Positions 8,766 through 18,418 of a stretch of 64,000 nucleotides of DNA are shown piece after piece. The position numbers were made by a program, and so were the translations under genes. The notes below the pieces were generated by a model. It searched no databases. It saw only the letters and a program-made list of their open reading frames with translations, and had not been told where the DNA came from. This DNA is from Candidatus Kerfeldbacteria bacterium (lineage in GTDB: Bacteria > Patescibacteriota > Patescibacteriia > UBA9570 > XYC2-FULL-38-9), in NCBI GenBank assembly GCA_016182555.1, contig JACPGJ010000002.1, positions 48,040-112,039 on the forward strand, in the 5' to 3' direction. Positions within the stretch are counted from its first letter, which is position 1. Every line of letters starts with the position of its first letter.

Positions 8766-9647
8766 ATGAGCAAACCACAAGACTCTAAATCAATCGTTTT
8801 ATTTGAAGACGTACCCGTCCGTCGTATTTGGGTAGAGCAGGAAGAAAAATGGTATTTTGCTATCGTGGATATCATTAAAATACTCACAGATAGCAAAGAT
8901 CCGCAAGGTTATATTAAAGATATGCGCCGTCGTGATTCTGTATTATCTCAAGGGTGGGGGCAAATTGCCACCCCCCTTTTGGTCGAAACCAGAGGAGGTA
9001 AGCAAAAGGTTAATTGTGCCAATGTTCAAGGGGTTTTGCGTATTATTCAAAGTATCCCATCCAAAAAAGCTGAACCGTTTAAACAGTGGTTAGCTAAGGT
9101 GGGCTATGAGCGGCTCCAAGAAACGGTTGACCCAGAACGGGCGTTAAACCGTGCACGCAAGAATTGGAAAGAATTAGGGCGATCTGAAAAGTGGATTGAG
9201 CAACGAATGCGCGGTCAAGAAACCCGTAATAAACTCACGGACTACTGGCAGACCCACGGGGTAAACGAACAGCCTGAATATGCCCAGTTAACAAATATTA
9301 TTCATAAGGAATGGAGTGGGTTGAGTGTTGGTGAGCATAAGAAACTCAAAAAGTTGAAACAGGAAAATTTACGAGATAATATGACCGAAGCTGAACTGAT
9401 CTTTACCGCTCTTGCCGAATTTTCTACTCGTCAGATTGCAAACCATAATCGATCAGAAGGTTTTGTTGAAAATGCTCAATCGGCTAAGCGAGGCGGAAAA
9501 ATTTCTGCTCATGCTCGTCAACAGCTTGAACAAGAGTCAGGAGAAAAAGTAGTCAGTGCTGAAAATTTTTTACCACCTATATCATTAAGCTCAGCGTTAA
9601 AAAAATCAAAAAACGCAAAGAAGCTGAACTCTCGAAACCGAAAATGA
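8766..9647 (+). CDS. Bro-N domain protein (phage antirepressor-like)
   Basis: WYFAIVDII..LTDS, RIIQSIPSKKAEPFKQWLAKVGYER, ENLRDNMT. Confidence 0.9.
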   Translation: MSKPQDSKSIVLFEDVPVRRIWVEQEEKWYFAIVDIIKILTDSKDPQGYIKDMRRRDSVLSQGWGQIATPLLVETRGGKQKVNCANVQGVLRIIQSIPSKKAEPFKQWLAKVGYERLQETVDPERALNRARKNWKELGRSEKWIEQRMRGQETRNKLTDYWQTHGVNEQPEYAQLTNIIHKEWSGLSVGEHKKLKKLKQENLRDNMTEAELIFTALAEFSTRQIANHNRSEGFVENAQSAKRGGKISAHARQQLEQESGEKVVSAENFLPPISLSSALKKSKNAKKLNSRNRK

Positions 9648-9821
9648 CTATATTTCATTTACCGATATCCTGATTTTAATGTTATGGAATTCCATAACAT
9701 TAAAAATGAAGCCGGTTCTCATGGTTTCATTTGAGATCATGGGCCAATAATTCAGGAATGAAAAAATTTGATAATCATGAATGACGATTTCTCAACCCCA
9801 GATAATGCAAATGTAATAAAA

Positions 9822-10059
9822 TGAAGAGTTTCAAAAGTAATTTACAGAAGACCAATGAATACCATTGGGATTGAATGTACGACAATTCAAAGCAGTGGTA
9901 TACGTTAAAAAAAAGAGAAAAATTACTAATAAAGAATATCAGCAATTATGCTTTGTATCCCGAGAAACTGCTTCGCGTGAGTTAGCGCATCTTACAGATA
10001 AAAATATTTTTGTACATTCGGGAAGTAAGGGTGCTGGTTCGTATTTTACATTAAAATAA
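9822..10059 (+). pseudogene. C-terminal winged-helix remnant of an ATPase/HTH regulator
   Basis: FTEDQ*IPLGLNVRQFKAVVYVKKKRKITNKEYQQLCFVSRETASREL; upstream part has stops or is missing. Confidence 0.6.
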
Positions 10060-10078
10060 TTGCGTCAAATAAATAAAA

Positions 10079-10146
10079 TAAGCCCTGTGTAGCTAGGCCC
10101 TTGCGGGCGAACGGCATGAAGCCGACTTTCACATACACAGGACTTA
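10079..10146 (-). ncRNA. Candidate small structured RNA (three-way junction)
   Basis: 13-bp closing stem (one G-U) enclosing CGGC-TTCAT-GCCG and GCCC-GCAA-GGGC; - strand TTGCTC-N17-TATAAG just upstream. Confidence 0.55.
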
Positions 10147-10234
10147 CTTATACGTATACAATAGAGATAGAGCAAATATTCAGGAATATCAAACTTACTT
10201 TTTAAAACTGAAAAATAGGCTTTCGTAACAATGG

Positions 10235-10316
10235 CCTCTGCGCGGTTCACCACTGCCGCGCGGAAGTCCTCCAATCGCCCCCGTGCACACGCGCTCCTTC
10301 TCGTCTTCTTTTTTTT
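10235..10316 (+). repeat. Shortened copy of the 7681-7889 trailer
   Basis: 33 nt identical to 7681-7713, then continues with sequence matching 7842 onward. Confidence 0.85.
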
Positions 10317-10402
10317 CAAAATTTGTACATTGACGCTTCATACAAGTTTGATATACTAAACACAGTTGGACACTACTCACCTTTGCGGAGCAGTGTTTTT
10401 TT
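10317..10402 (+). promoter_or_regulatory. Promoter plus leader hairpin/U-tract, copy 2
   Basis: Near-identical to 8648-8733; differences are in the promoter spacer and hairpin loop. Confidence 0.75.
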
Positions 10403-10434
10403 ATGTGAAAATGAATTACTATTAAGAAAGGACT

Positions 10435-11286
10435 ATGCCAACACAAACCGTGCGTACACCAGAAACAACACAAATTGTCTTATTCAAAGGCAAGCAAATC
10501 CGGAAAACCATCCATAATAACGAATGGTGGTTTTCGGTGGTCGATGTAGTAGAAGCATTGACTGACAGCGTGAATGCTAATGATTATTGGTATAAAATGA
10601 AGGTTCGAGTACAGGATGAGGAAAAAATTGAACTATCGACAATTTGTCGACAGTTGAAATTGGTAGCTCCAGATGGAAAAATGCGTGAAACCGACTGTGC
10701 AAATACCGAAGGCATTTTCCGCATCATTCAATCTATTCCTTCTCCAAAAGCCGAGCCATTTAAGCGCTGGTTGGCGAAAGTCGGCTATGAGCGTGTACAG
10801 GAAATTGAAAATCCGGAGTTAGCGACGAAACGTACACGTATGCTCTACAAACTGAAAGGGTATAGTGATGGGTGGATAGAAAAACGAATGCGAGGTATTG
10901 CGATTCGTGAAGAGCTGACCGATGAATGGGATAAACGCGGGGCAAAAGAAGAACAAGATTATGAAATTTTGACTGCTGAAATTTCCAAAGCGACGTTTGG
11001 CGTTACACCGAAACAATACAAAAAATTGAAGGGTATCAAGCGAGAGAATTTACGCGATCACATGGAAGAATTAGAACTGATTTTTAATATGCTTGGAGAA
11101 AAAGCAACAACAGAAATTCACCAGAGTGAAAATTCGCAAGGTATGACGAAATTGAAAGCAGATGCTAAGGCCGGTGGAGATATTGCTGGTGGCGCGAGGA
11201 AAAAATTAGAAAAACGGCTTGGTCGTTCAATCGTTTCAAAAAAGAATTTTCTCAAAAACACCGAAGAGCGCAAGAAATTGAAATAA
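10435..11286 (+). CDS. Bro-N domain protein, second paralogue
   Basis: WWFSVVDVVEALTDS, RIIQSIPSPKAEPFKRWLAKVGYER, ENLRDHM. Confidence 0.9.
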   Translation: MPTQTVRTPETTQIVLFKGKQIRKTIHNNEWWFSVVDVVEALTDSVNANDYWYKMKVRVQDEEKIELSTICRQLKLVAPDGKMRETDCANTEGIFRIIQSIPSPKAEPFKRWLAKVGYERVQEIENPELATKRTRMLYKLKGYSDGWIEKRMRGIAIREELTDEWDKRGAKEEQDYEILTAEISKATFGVTPKQYKKLKGIKRENLRDHMEELELIFNMLGEKATTEIHQSENSQGMTKLKADAKAGGDIAGGARKKLEKRLGRSIVSKKNFLKNTEERKKLK

Positions 11287-11408
11287 TGTAAATGTTTTGC
11301 ATCTGCAAAGCACCTTATAATATAGTTGAGTATCGTGGTTCAGACAGATACAGTGCCTGAATACCGCGCTCTATTTGGTATATTGAAAAGAAGAAGGGGA
11401 AATGCGCG

Positions 11409-11840
11409 ATGAAAAAGTGGGTAAGTCTTTATGTTCTGGGTTTGCTGTGCATGCTCAGTGGTTGCTCGCTTGGTGGAAATACCGAAGCCAGCAGTCGCGA
11501 GACGGCGGTGGAATCAACCCAGACTACCGCCATGACCGAAAACCCAGACTGCTCCGCAGACTGGGTGTGGGTGAAGGTTGACTTCACTCGAGTGCAATGG
11601 GCATGTGAAGGCGAGGATTGTGTGTATCCCACGACCGGCACCAGCGGTATGTGGGTTCCGACGCCATGGTCAGTCGGCACTGAAAAGGTCTCTCCCTGGG
11701 CTGGAGCGCTCACCTCATTCAGCAGCCTCTCAAGCGCGCTGACCTGGAGCAACTTATGCGTTGGATGGAATTCCAGTTCATTCTGGATTCCTTCCGGCAG
11801 CAATGGCGGCTGTGCACATCTGGAGAAAGTGGCGGAGTAG
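11409..11840 (+). CDS. GC-rich lipoprotein carrying the unnamed NPDC...WAxEG domain
   Basis: LSGC lipobox; purine-rich SD; aligns by eye with the C-terminus of 6317-7672. Confidence 0.8.
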   Translation: MKKWVSLYVLGLLCMLSGCSLGGNTEASSRETAVESTQTTAMTENPDCSADWVWVKVDFTRVQWACEGEDCVYPTTGTSGMWVPTPWSVGTEKVSPWAGALTSFSSLSSALTWSNLCVGWNSSSFWIPSGSNGGCAHLEKVAE

Positions 11841-11881
11841 TCGCCACGGGCTCCGGATTATCGCGCGCAGGTAAAAAATTT

Positions 11882-11922
11882 CACGTCCGTCGGCTTGAAT
11901 AGAGCGGCAGGCGTGGTTTTTT
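11882..11922 (+). terminator. Probable intrinsic terminator
   Basis: Imperfect GC hairpin CACG.../...CGTG followed by a T-run. Confidence 0.45.
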
Positions 11923-11984
11923 CTGAATGGAGATAGTTATTTTTTACAAAAAACGCTATAATTGGCTGGCGATAAATAACGATT

Positions 11985-13424
11985 ATGCCGCAAGCACCAC
12001 AGCTTCACCAGCCATCTATTTTTGCACCATTGCGTGCGACAGCCCGCACTCGAGTGTTAGCTCTTTTTTTTGCGGCCACGTGGATCGTCGGCGTTGCAAG
12101 TTTGCTTTTTATCCCCGGCGTTCCGCATTGGTTTTTTTATGCGTTTATCGCTTTCACCGCCGCCAGCCTCTTTTTTGCGCAGTACCCACACCTCGCGCTC
12201 TATGGCATGGCCGCTACGTATCCCTTTCTGTACTGGCAAATTATTTTTGGGCCTATTAACGCACCGGTGGTTGACGTTATCGGCGTTTTTGCGGTTGCCG
12301 GTTTGGCAGTGCGTCTCCTCATTTTCGCTATGAGCGACAAAGCAGCATTTCGTGCCACGCATTGGTGGGGAGGTGGATTGTTTTTGGCTTGGGTTGCAGT
12401 TGGTATCATTTCCGCAACACAAACAATAGTATTACCGGTGACCAGCAGCCTTTATTACGTGTTGCGCATGATGAGTTTTTTCTACATTGCGTATATTTTT
12501 TTCCCAATGAACACCATGAGGAATTCGAAGACACTCCATCATATATTGCGTATTCTTTTGGGGGTGGGAGTGATTGTGGCGATCTATGGTCTATACAGTT
12601 TTGGTGTAGCGCTCGCCAACCCAAATATTCCGGACCGTGCTATTCCTGTAGTGATCTTCGGTTTTGCGCCACTTGGCATAAATCATAACTTGATTGCCGA
12701 TATGATGGTGGCGATTATTCCTATTGGGTTGTATTTATTGAGCCAAGAAAAAAACCCGGTTATACAACGCTTTTTTCTGCTTTCCATTTCGTTGATGGCT
12801 ATGGTCAATATGCTTACATTTTCTCGTACTGGCTGGTTAGCGTTTGTATTAGAAATGGTTTTGCTTGTGGTGTTCCAATACCGTCACCATATAAAACGTT
12901 TCTTCAAATATATGGTGTTGACCAGTCTCATTGCTTTTCCCATTATTGCGTATATGCTCTATTTCACCTTCACCAGCGATATCGTTCGCAGTTCCAACCA
13001 AAGCCGCTTATTTTTGAATGATATTGCACTGCAAATGTTTGAAGACCACCCGTTCATTGGCAATGGGCCAAACGCGTTTGTGTACCAGTTGTCATACAAC
13101 AAATTGTATACCTTAGAATATGGTGAACCGATTGATGCGCATGGGTTTATTCAAAAAGTAGGCAGTGAATTGGGTATTCTTGGTTTGCTTATTTATAATG
13201 CGCTGGTGATTTATGCCATATTCACTGCATATAGAGCTTATAGTCGTTACGCAAAAAATGCGCAAGAATCATATTTGCTCTTTTGCTTATTCCTCCTCGT
13301 GTGTGGTAGTATTTTTTCTCAGTTATTTCAAACGTCATATTATTCACCAAAAATGTGGTTTCCGATTGGTGTAGCGCTTGCCGCCGCATCACTGGCGAAG
13401 AAAAAAGAATCGTTGAGTATATGA
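11985..13424 (+). CDS. O-antigen ligase/Wzy-like membrane protein
   Basis: Multi-TM; TFSRTGW, HPFIGNGP, AHGFIQKVGSELGILG motifs. Confidence 0.85.
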   Translation: MPQAPQLHQPSIFAPLRATARTRVLALFFAATWIVGVASLLFIPGVPHWFFYAFIAFTAASLFFAQYPHLALYGMAATYPFLYWQIIFGPINAPVVDVIGVFAVAGLAVRLLIFAMSDKAAFRATHWWGGGLFLAWVAVGIISATQTIVLPVTSSLYYVLRMMSFFYIAYIFFPMNTMRNSKTLHHILRILLGVGVIVAIYGLYSFGVALANPNIPDRAIPVVIFGFAPLGINHNLIADMMVAIIPIGLYLLSQEKNPVIQRFFLLSISLMAMVNMLTFSRTGWLAFVLEMVLLVVFQYRHHIKRFFKYMVLTSLIAFPIIAYMLYFTFTSDIVRSSNQSRLFLNDIALQMFEDHPFIGNGPNAFVYQLSYNKLYTLEYGEPIDAHGFIQKVGSELGILGLLIYNALVIYAIFTAYRAYSRYAKNAQESYLLFCLFLLVCGSIFSQLFQTSYYSPKMWFPIGVALAAASLAKKKESLSI

Positions 13425-14494
13425 AACAGATTGTCCATATCATTGATAGTCTCCGCTGCGATGGTGCTCAGCGTATGTTGACTGAATTGTTAACGCGTTT
13501 GGATTCGCAGCAATTTGAAGCACGGGTGATTGCGCTCACCGGTTCAGGTAACGATTATATCTACCAACAACTGCAGGCTGCGGGAATAGAGGTAGAAATT
13601 ATTCAAGAACGGGGAGTGGGGATGCGATCATTTTTTCAACTGATGCGGTTATTGAAACGCTGGCGGCCAGATATTGTGCATACACATTTATTTTTTTCAG
13701 ATGTGTGGGGTGCGGCCGCATGCAAGCTGGCTGGAGTGCCAGTATTGGTGTCAACTGAACATAATATCAACAGAGATTTTAACCGAACAAAATTAGTGTT
13801 CAAGCGAAAAGCATACAGAAAATGTGATGCGATTATAGCGATTTCACAGGCGGTGAAAGAATATATCGTCGAGCTTGATTCAAAGAACCAATGCAAGGTT
13901 CGATTGATTTATAATGGCATCGATCTTTCCCGTTTTTCTGCAAAGAAAACGCCAACAATGCTACACCAACCGCCCGTCATTTCTATTATTGGTCGTTTAG
14001 AAGAGCAGAAAGGACATGCCCAGGCGATAGCTGCGTTTGCGCAGGTGAAAGGAGCGGTTGATTTACATATTATTGGGCAGGGGAGTTTACAGCTTGCCTT
14101 AGAACAACAGGTACAGCAAATTGGGTTGAAAAACCGTGTGCAATTTTTGGGGCAACGAATAGATATTGAACAGGTGTATGCTGATTCGGATATTATTTTT
14201 ATCCCATCCCGTTTTGAAGGGTTCGGATTAGTCGCGGTTGAAGCCATGGCCGCTGGGAAACCCATTGTGGCTTCACGTGTTGATGGTTTGGCAGAAATTT
14301 TGCAACACGAAAAAACAGCGTTGTTGGTTGACATGCAACAACCCAAAACAGTGGCCCAGCAGATAGATCGTTTACTGGCTGAGCCGACATTGCGCGCCCA
14401 CCTTGGTGCAACAGCGAAACAAGATGCGCAACGTTTTGATATTGCAAAAACGGTGGAACAATACCAGCAGCTCTACAAAGAATTAACCACATGA
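13421..14494 (+). CDS. Glycosyltransferase family 4
   Basis: GRLEEQKG, PSRFEGFGLVAVEAMAAG. Confidence 0.92.
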   Translation: MKQIVHIIDSLRCDGAQRMLTELLTRLDSQQFEARVIALTGSGNDYIYQQLQAAGIEVEIIQERGVGMRSFFQLMRLLKRWRPDIVHTHLFFSDVWGAAACKLAGVPVLVSTEHNINRDFNRTKLVFKRKAYRKCDAIIAISQAVKEYIVELDSKNQCKVRLIYNGIDLSRFSAKKTPTMLHQPPVISIIGRLEEQKGHAQAIAAFAQVKGAVDLHIIGQGSLQLALEQQVQQIGLKNRVQFLGQRIDIEQVYADSDIIFIPSRFEGFGLVAVEAMAAGKPIVASRVDGLAEILQHEKTALLVDMQQPKTVAQQIDRLLAEPTLRAHLGATAKQDAQRFDIAKTVEQYQQLYKELTT

Positions 14495-14498
14495 GTGT

Positions 14499-15164
14499 AT
14501 GAAATTGACTGCACGGTTTTCTACGTATTTTCGTGATAAAAAATGGCAATTGTTTGAACAACATTTTTCGCTTCATCCGCAAACCACCATACTCGATATT
14601 GGTTATCAAAATAAGGAATACCAAGCGGCAGATAATTATTTAGAAAAACACTATCCGTTTCCAGCACAGATTACCGCACTCGGTATTGATCCACCGGAGG
14701 AGTTTCAACAACGGTATCCGCAAGTGAAAACGGTGCATTACGACGGCCGCGTTTTTCCATTCGCTGACAACACATTTGATATCGCCTGGTCCAACGCTAC
14801 TATTGAGCATGTGGGTCCATTCGACCGTCAACTCGTATTTATAAAAGAGATGGCACGCACGTCACGTAATCTTTTTTTCACCACTCCGAACCGTTGGTTT
14901 CCCATTGAAGTACACACCCGTTTTCCTTTTATTCACTGGTTGCCACGTCACTGGTTTAATGGCATAGTGAAGTTGTTCGGCAAAGATTGGGCCGCAGGCG
15001 ACTATATGTTTTTATTAAGCAGCCGGCAGCTGAAACGTTTACTCGCCGCTTCCGGTATTGAGCGCTATACGCTTATTCGTCAACGCTTCTGCGGTTTTAC
15101 TCTTCAGTTTATTGTTATTGTGCATCACTCATCAGCAACACATGAAGATACTCCAAATCAATAA
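14499..15164 (+). CDS. Class I SAM-dependent methyltransferase
   Basis: ILDIG, FPFADNTFDIAWSNATIEHV, TTPNRWFPIE. Confidence 0.85.
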   Translation: MKLTARFSTYFRDKKWQLFEQHFSLHPQTTILDIGYQNKEYQAADNYLEKHYPFPAQITALGIDPPEEFQQRYPQVKTVHYDGRVFPFADNTFDIAWSNATIEHVGPFDRQLVFIKEMARTSRNLFFTTPNRWFPIEVHTRFPFIHWLPRHWFNGIVKLFGKDWAAGDYMFLLSSRQLKRLLAASGIERYTLIRQRFCGFTLQFIVIVHHSSATHEDTPNQ

Positions 15165-16338
15165 ATTTTTTTACCGCCGTGCTGGTGCAGAGAATTATTT
15201 TTTAGATGTGAGCCGTGCGCTGGAACAGGCTGGTCACGAGATGGCGTTTTTTTCCATGCACCATCCGCAGAATGTACCGAGCCCGTACGCAAAATATTTT
15301 ATTGACGAAATTGATTTTGGGAGCGGTGCGCAGCGGTCAATACAAAAAGCCGCCCATTTTATTTATTCTACAGAAGCCGCAAAAAAATTAGAGCAGCTGA
15401 TTACCGATCACCGCCCAGACATTGCCCATGTGCATAATATTGCTCATCAGCTGACGCCATCAGTACTGGATACCCTTCGGAAACACCATATTCCTGTCGT
15501 GATGACGCTGCACGATTATCAAGTGCTTTGCCCGAATTACAAACTATTTACCCAAGGCAGCCCGTGCGAACGCTGTAAAGTGCATCAATATTGGAATGCC
15601 ATCAAATTCAACTGCGTGCAAGATGCGAAATTGCCCTCTGCACTTTCTGCAGTAGAAATGGCGGTGCAGAATGTGTTCAAAAAAACGTATGCTAAAGGAG
15701 TGAATATATTTATTGCACCATCACAGTTTATGTATACCAAAATGAATGAGTGGGGCTGGCCAGAAAGCCAACTGCACTACTTGCCAAACTTCATTGATCG
15801 CATTCGTGATACACGCATCAAAAAAAAGAATCAATTTGCCTATATTGGACGACTCACCAAAGAGAAGGGGGTGCACCTTGTGTTGGAAGCTGCTCGTCGC
15901 ATGCAAGATACCACATTTATTTTTGCCGGTTCTGGGGAAGAGGAATCAAACATGAAAGCAACGATTCAAAAAGAAGGTTTGAAAAATTGTGTCATGCTGG
16001 GTTTCCAACCTGAACACAAAATTGATACACTCATTCAAGAATCACAAGCGGTATTGGTACCGTCATTGTGGTGGGAGAACGCACCCTTGTCTGTATATGA
16101 AGCATTGGCGTTAGGCACGCCCGTTATTGCATCCAACCGTGGTGGCTTACCAGAATTGATAAAAAAAGGAAAAAATGGTATAATATTTAATCCAGAAAAA
16201 TCAAACGCCCTGGCTGAAGCCATTCAGCAAATGCTCGCTATGCCACCTTTACAAATTCCTAAAAATACGTATACTGTAGGGTCTCATGTCGAGGCACTCA
16301 CCGCACTTTATGAAAAAACTATTCGCCAAAAAAAATAG
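15142..16338 (+). CDS. Glycosyltransferase family 4
   Basis: MKILQINKFFY, GRLTKEKG, PSLWWENAPLSVYEA. Confidence 0.92.
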   Translation: MKILQINKFFYRRAGAENYFLDVSRALEQAGHEMAFFSMHHPQNVPSPYAKYFIDEIDFGSGAQRSIQKAAHFIYSTEAAKKLEQLITDHRPDIAHVHNIAHQLTPSVLDTLRKHHIPVVMTLHDYQVLCPNYKLFTQGSPCERCKVHQYWNAIKFNCVQDAKLPSALSAVEMAVQNVFKKTYAKGVNIFIAPSQFMYTKMNEWGWPESQLHYLPNFIDRIRDTRIKKKNQFAYIGRLTKEKGVHLVLEAARRMQDTTFIFAGSGEEESNMKATIQKEGLKNCVMLGFQPEHKIDTLIQESQAVLVPSLWWENAPLSVYEALALGTPVIASNRGGLPELIKKGKNGIIFNPEKSNALAEAIQQMLAMPPLQIPKNTYTVGSHVEALTALYEKTIRQKK

Positions 16339-18412
16339 GAATTCTCCGTTTGCGGCGTTGTTGTTTTTATCTTTGTGTATCTTCGCTGCCCCGCACCAAG
16401 CAGATGCGGCAAACAATAAACGGTTGATTGTGGGAAACATCAATGGAGATGGTACACCACTTATTGCTAATTGGAATTTTAAATGGAGTATTGATTCCGA
16501 TGAAGAGATGCAAGAATTGGCGCAATGGGATTTGATTATTGCCGATGTCGAGCAAGAAGCGTATTCGCGAGAGCGGTTGGAAAAGCTGAAAAAATTAAAC
16601 CCAGATATTATTTTGCTGGCCTATATTTCCATGACCGATATTCGGCCAGATGCTGCTACGCTGGATCAAGGAACCATGCGCCGGTATATTGGTGAATTGC
16701 TCGATGAACACCCGGAATGGATTTTGCGTGATCGTGCAGGAAAACCGGTGCACTGGTGGGAAGACTACTCTATTTTTAATATGAGCAATAGTGCGCCAGT
16801 GAGTGATACTGGTGAACGTTTCAATACCGTATTTCCCAAAATAATTCGCGATGCCATTATTAAAGATAATCTTTGGAATGGGGTTTTTTACGACAATCTG
16901 TGGGAAGATGTGTCTTTTGTGAATACCCATATTGATGAAAATATGGATGGCGTTGCTGAGAGCAAAAGTGATATGGATACGTCTTGGTTTAAGGGAATGA
17001 AAAAAGTGCTCATCCAGACACGCAAATACGCAAAAAAATATAGAAAAAACAAATTTATTATTACCGGAAATGGTGGGATGGGATATTATAAAGATGTGAA
17101 TGGCGTCGGGTTTGAACATTTTCCGAATACGAAATATGGGCAGTGGGTCGATTCAATGCAAGATTATAATTTCATTTTACAACATGCATTGCCACGCCAG
17201 TATGCAGTGATTAACACGAATACCGCCAACTCTGGTAACCGTACAGATTATAAGAAATTTCGTTTTGGTTTAACCTCGACTCTTCTGAATGATGGCTATT
17301 ACAGTTTTGATAATGGCGACCAAAGCCATGCTGAACGTTGGTTTTATGATGAATATAAAACGTGGCTGGGGACGCCGGTGAGCGGTGCCTATAACGTGCT
17401 GGATAAAAATGAACCACGCAAAATTCAACCAGGGCTCTGGCGACGTGATTATGAACAGGCCATTGTATTAGTGAATTCGATGAGCAGCGCACAGACCATT
17501 CGTTTAGAATCTGGGTTTGAAAAAATTCAAGGCGAACAAGACCCGGTAACGAATTCTGGTGATGTGATTGGTCAAATTACTATTCCCGCTGAAGATGGTA
17601 TTATTTTATTGAAGCGTCTCAGCACCGTGCGTGACACGAATTTTTTGAATGGGGGATATGCGAAAGTGTTTAACGCCCGTGGTAAACAGGTGCGTAAAAG
17701 TTTCTTTGCCTACGACGGCAGTTTTACGGGTGGTGCAGAGATTCATAAAATTTCGAAGAAAAATTATACTGTGGTTGCGGATGATACCAGTGTGCGAGTG
17801 TATAATAACCGCAATGATGAAATTGCTGCGTTTGCGCCCTATGGCACCGGGTATGCGTCTGGTGTAAATGTGGCCGTGGGAAATTTATATGGTAAGAAAA
17901 AACAATATATTGTTACTGGTAGTGCAAAAAAAAGTGGACATGTGCGTATATATACGTTGAAAGGTCGGCTGGTGAACTCTGGGTGTTTTCCGTATGGTAA
18001 TAGTTATAACTCTGGTGTGAGCGTGGCCATGGGAGATTTGAATGGCGATGGCAAAATGGAAATTGTTACCGGAACGGGGCCTGGTGGTGGCCCGCAAGTG
18101 CGGGTGCTCAATCGCTATTGTGAAGTGATTAACCCTGGTTTTCTGGCTTTTTCTAAAGATTTGCGTAGTGGAATAAATATCGCCGTTGGTGATGTCGATG
18201 GAAATGGCAAAGACGAAATTATTGCAGCCCCTGGGGCCGGTGGTGGCCCACAGGTGAGAATTTTCCGAAAAAGCGGTAAACTAGTAGGTGGAGGTTTCTT
18301 TGCCTATAAAGAGTCAGACCATAGTGGGATTTATGTTTCCACTGCCGATGTGAATAATGATGGCATTGATGAGATTATGACGAGTACATTCTCGATATTT
18401 AATTTATTTTAA
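16310..18412 (+). CDS. Secreted putative glycoside hydrolase with C-terminal FG-GAP-like repeats
   Basis: Signal peptide; GVFYDN, NGVGFE, WFYDEY; repeats such as GDVDGNGKDEIIAAPGAGGGPQVRIF. Confidence 0.75.
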   Translation: MKKLFAKKNRNSPFAALLFLSLCIFAAPHQADAANNKRLIVGNINGDGTPLIANWNFKWSIDSDEEMQELAQWDLIIADVEQEAYSRERLEKLKKLNPDIILLAYISMTDIRPDAATLDQGTMRRYIGELLDEHPEWILRDRAGKPVHWWEDYSIFNMSNSAPVSDTGERFNTVFPKIIRDAIIKDNLWNGVFYDNLWEDVSFVNTHIDENMDGVAESKSDMDTSWFKGMKKVLIQTRKYAKKYRKNKFIITGNGGMGYYKDVNGVGFEHFPNTKYGQWVDSMQDYNFILQHALPRQYAVINTNTANSGNRTDYKKFRFGLTSTLLNDGYYSFDNGDQSHAERWFYDEYKTWLGTPVSGAYNVLDKNEPRKIQPGLWRRDYEQAIVLVNSMSSAQTIRLESGFEKIQGEQDPVTNSGDVIGQITIPAEDGIILLKRLSTVRDTNFLNGGYAKVFNARGKQVRKSFFAYDGSFTGGAEIHKISKKNYTVVADDTSVRVYNNRNDEIAAFAPYGTGYASGVNVAVGNLYGKKKQYIVTGSAKKSGHVRIYTLKGRLVNSGCFPYGNSYNSGVSVAMGDLNGDGKMEIVTGTGPGGGPQVRVLNRYCEVINPGFLAFSKDLRSGINIAVGDVDGNGKDEIIAAPGAGGGPQVRIFRKSGKLVGGGFFAYKESDHSGIYVSTADVNNDGIDEIMTSTFSIFNLF

Positions 18413-18418
18413 AATTGC

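Noticed and set aside
1-11900. Integron or prophage
   Set aside because: No integrase, attC-like sites or phage structural genes are visible; Bro-N and TA genes alone are insufficient.
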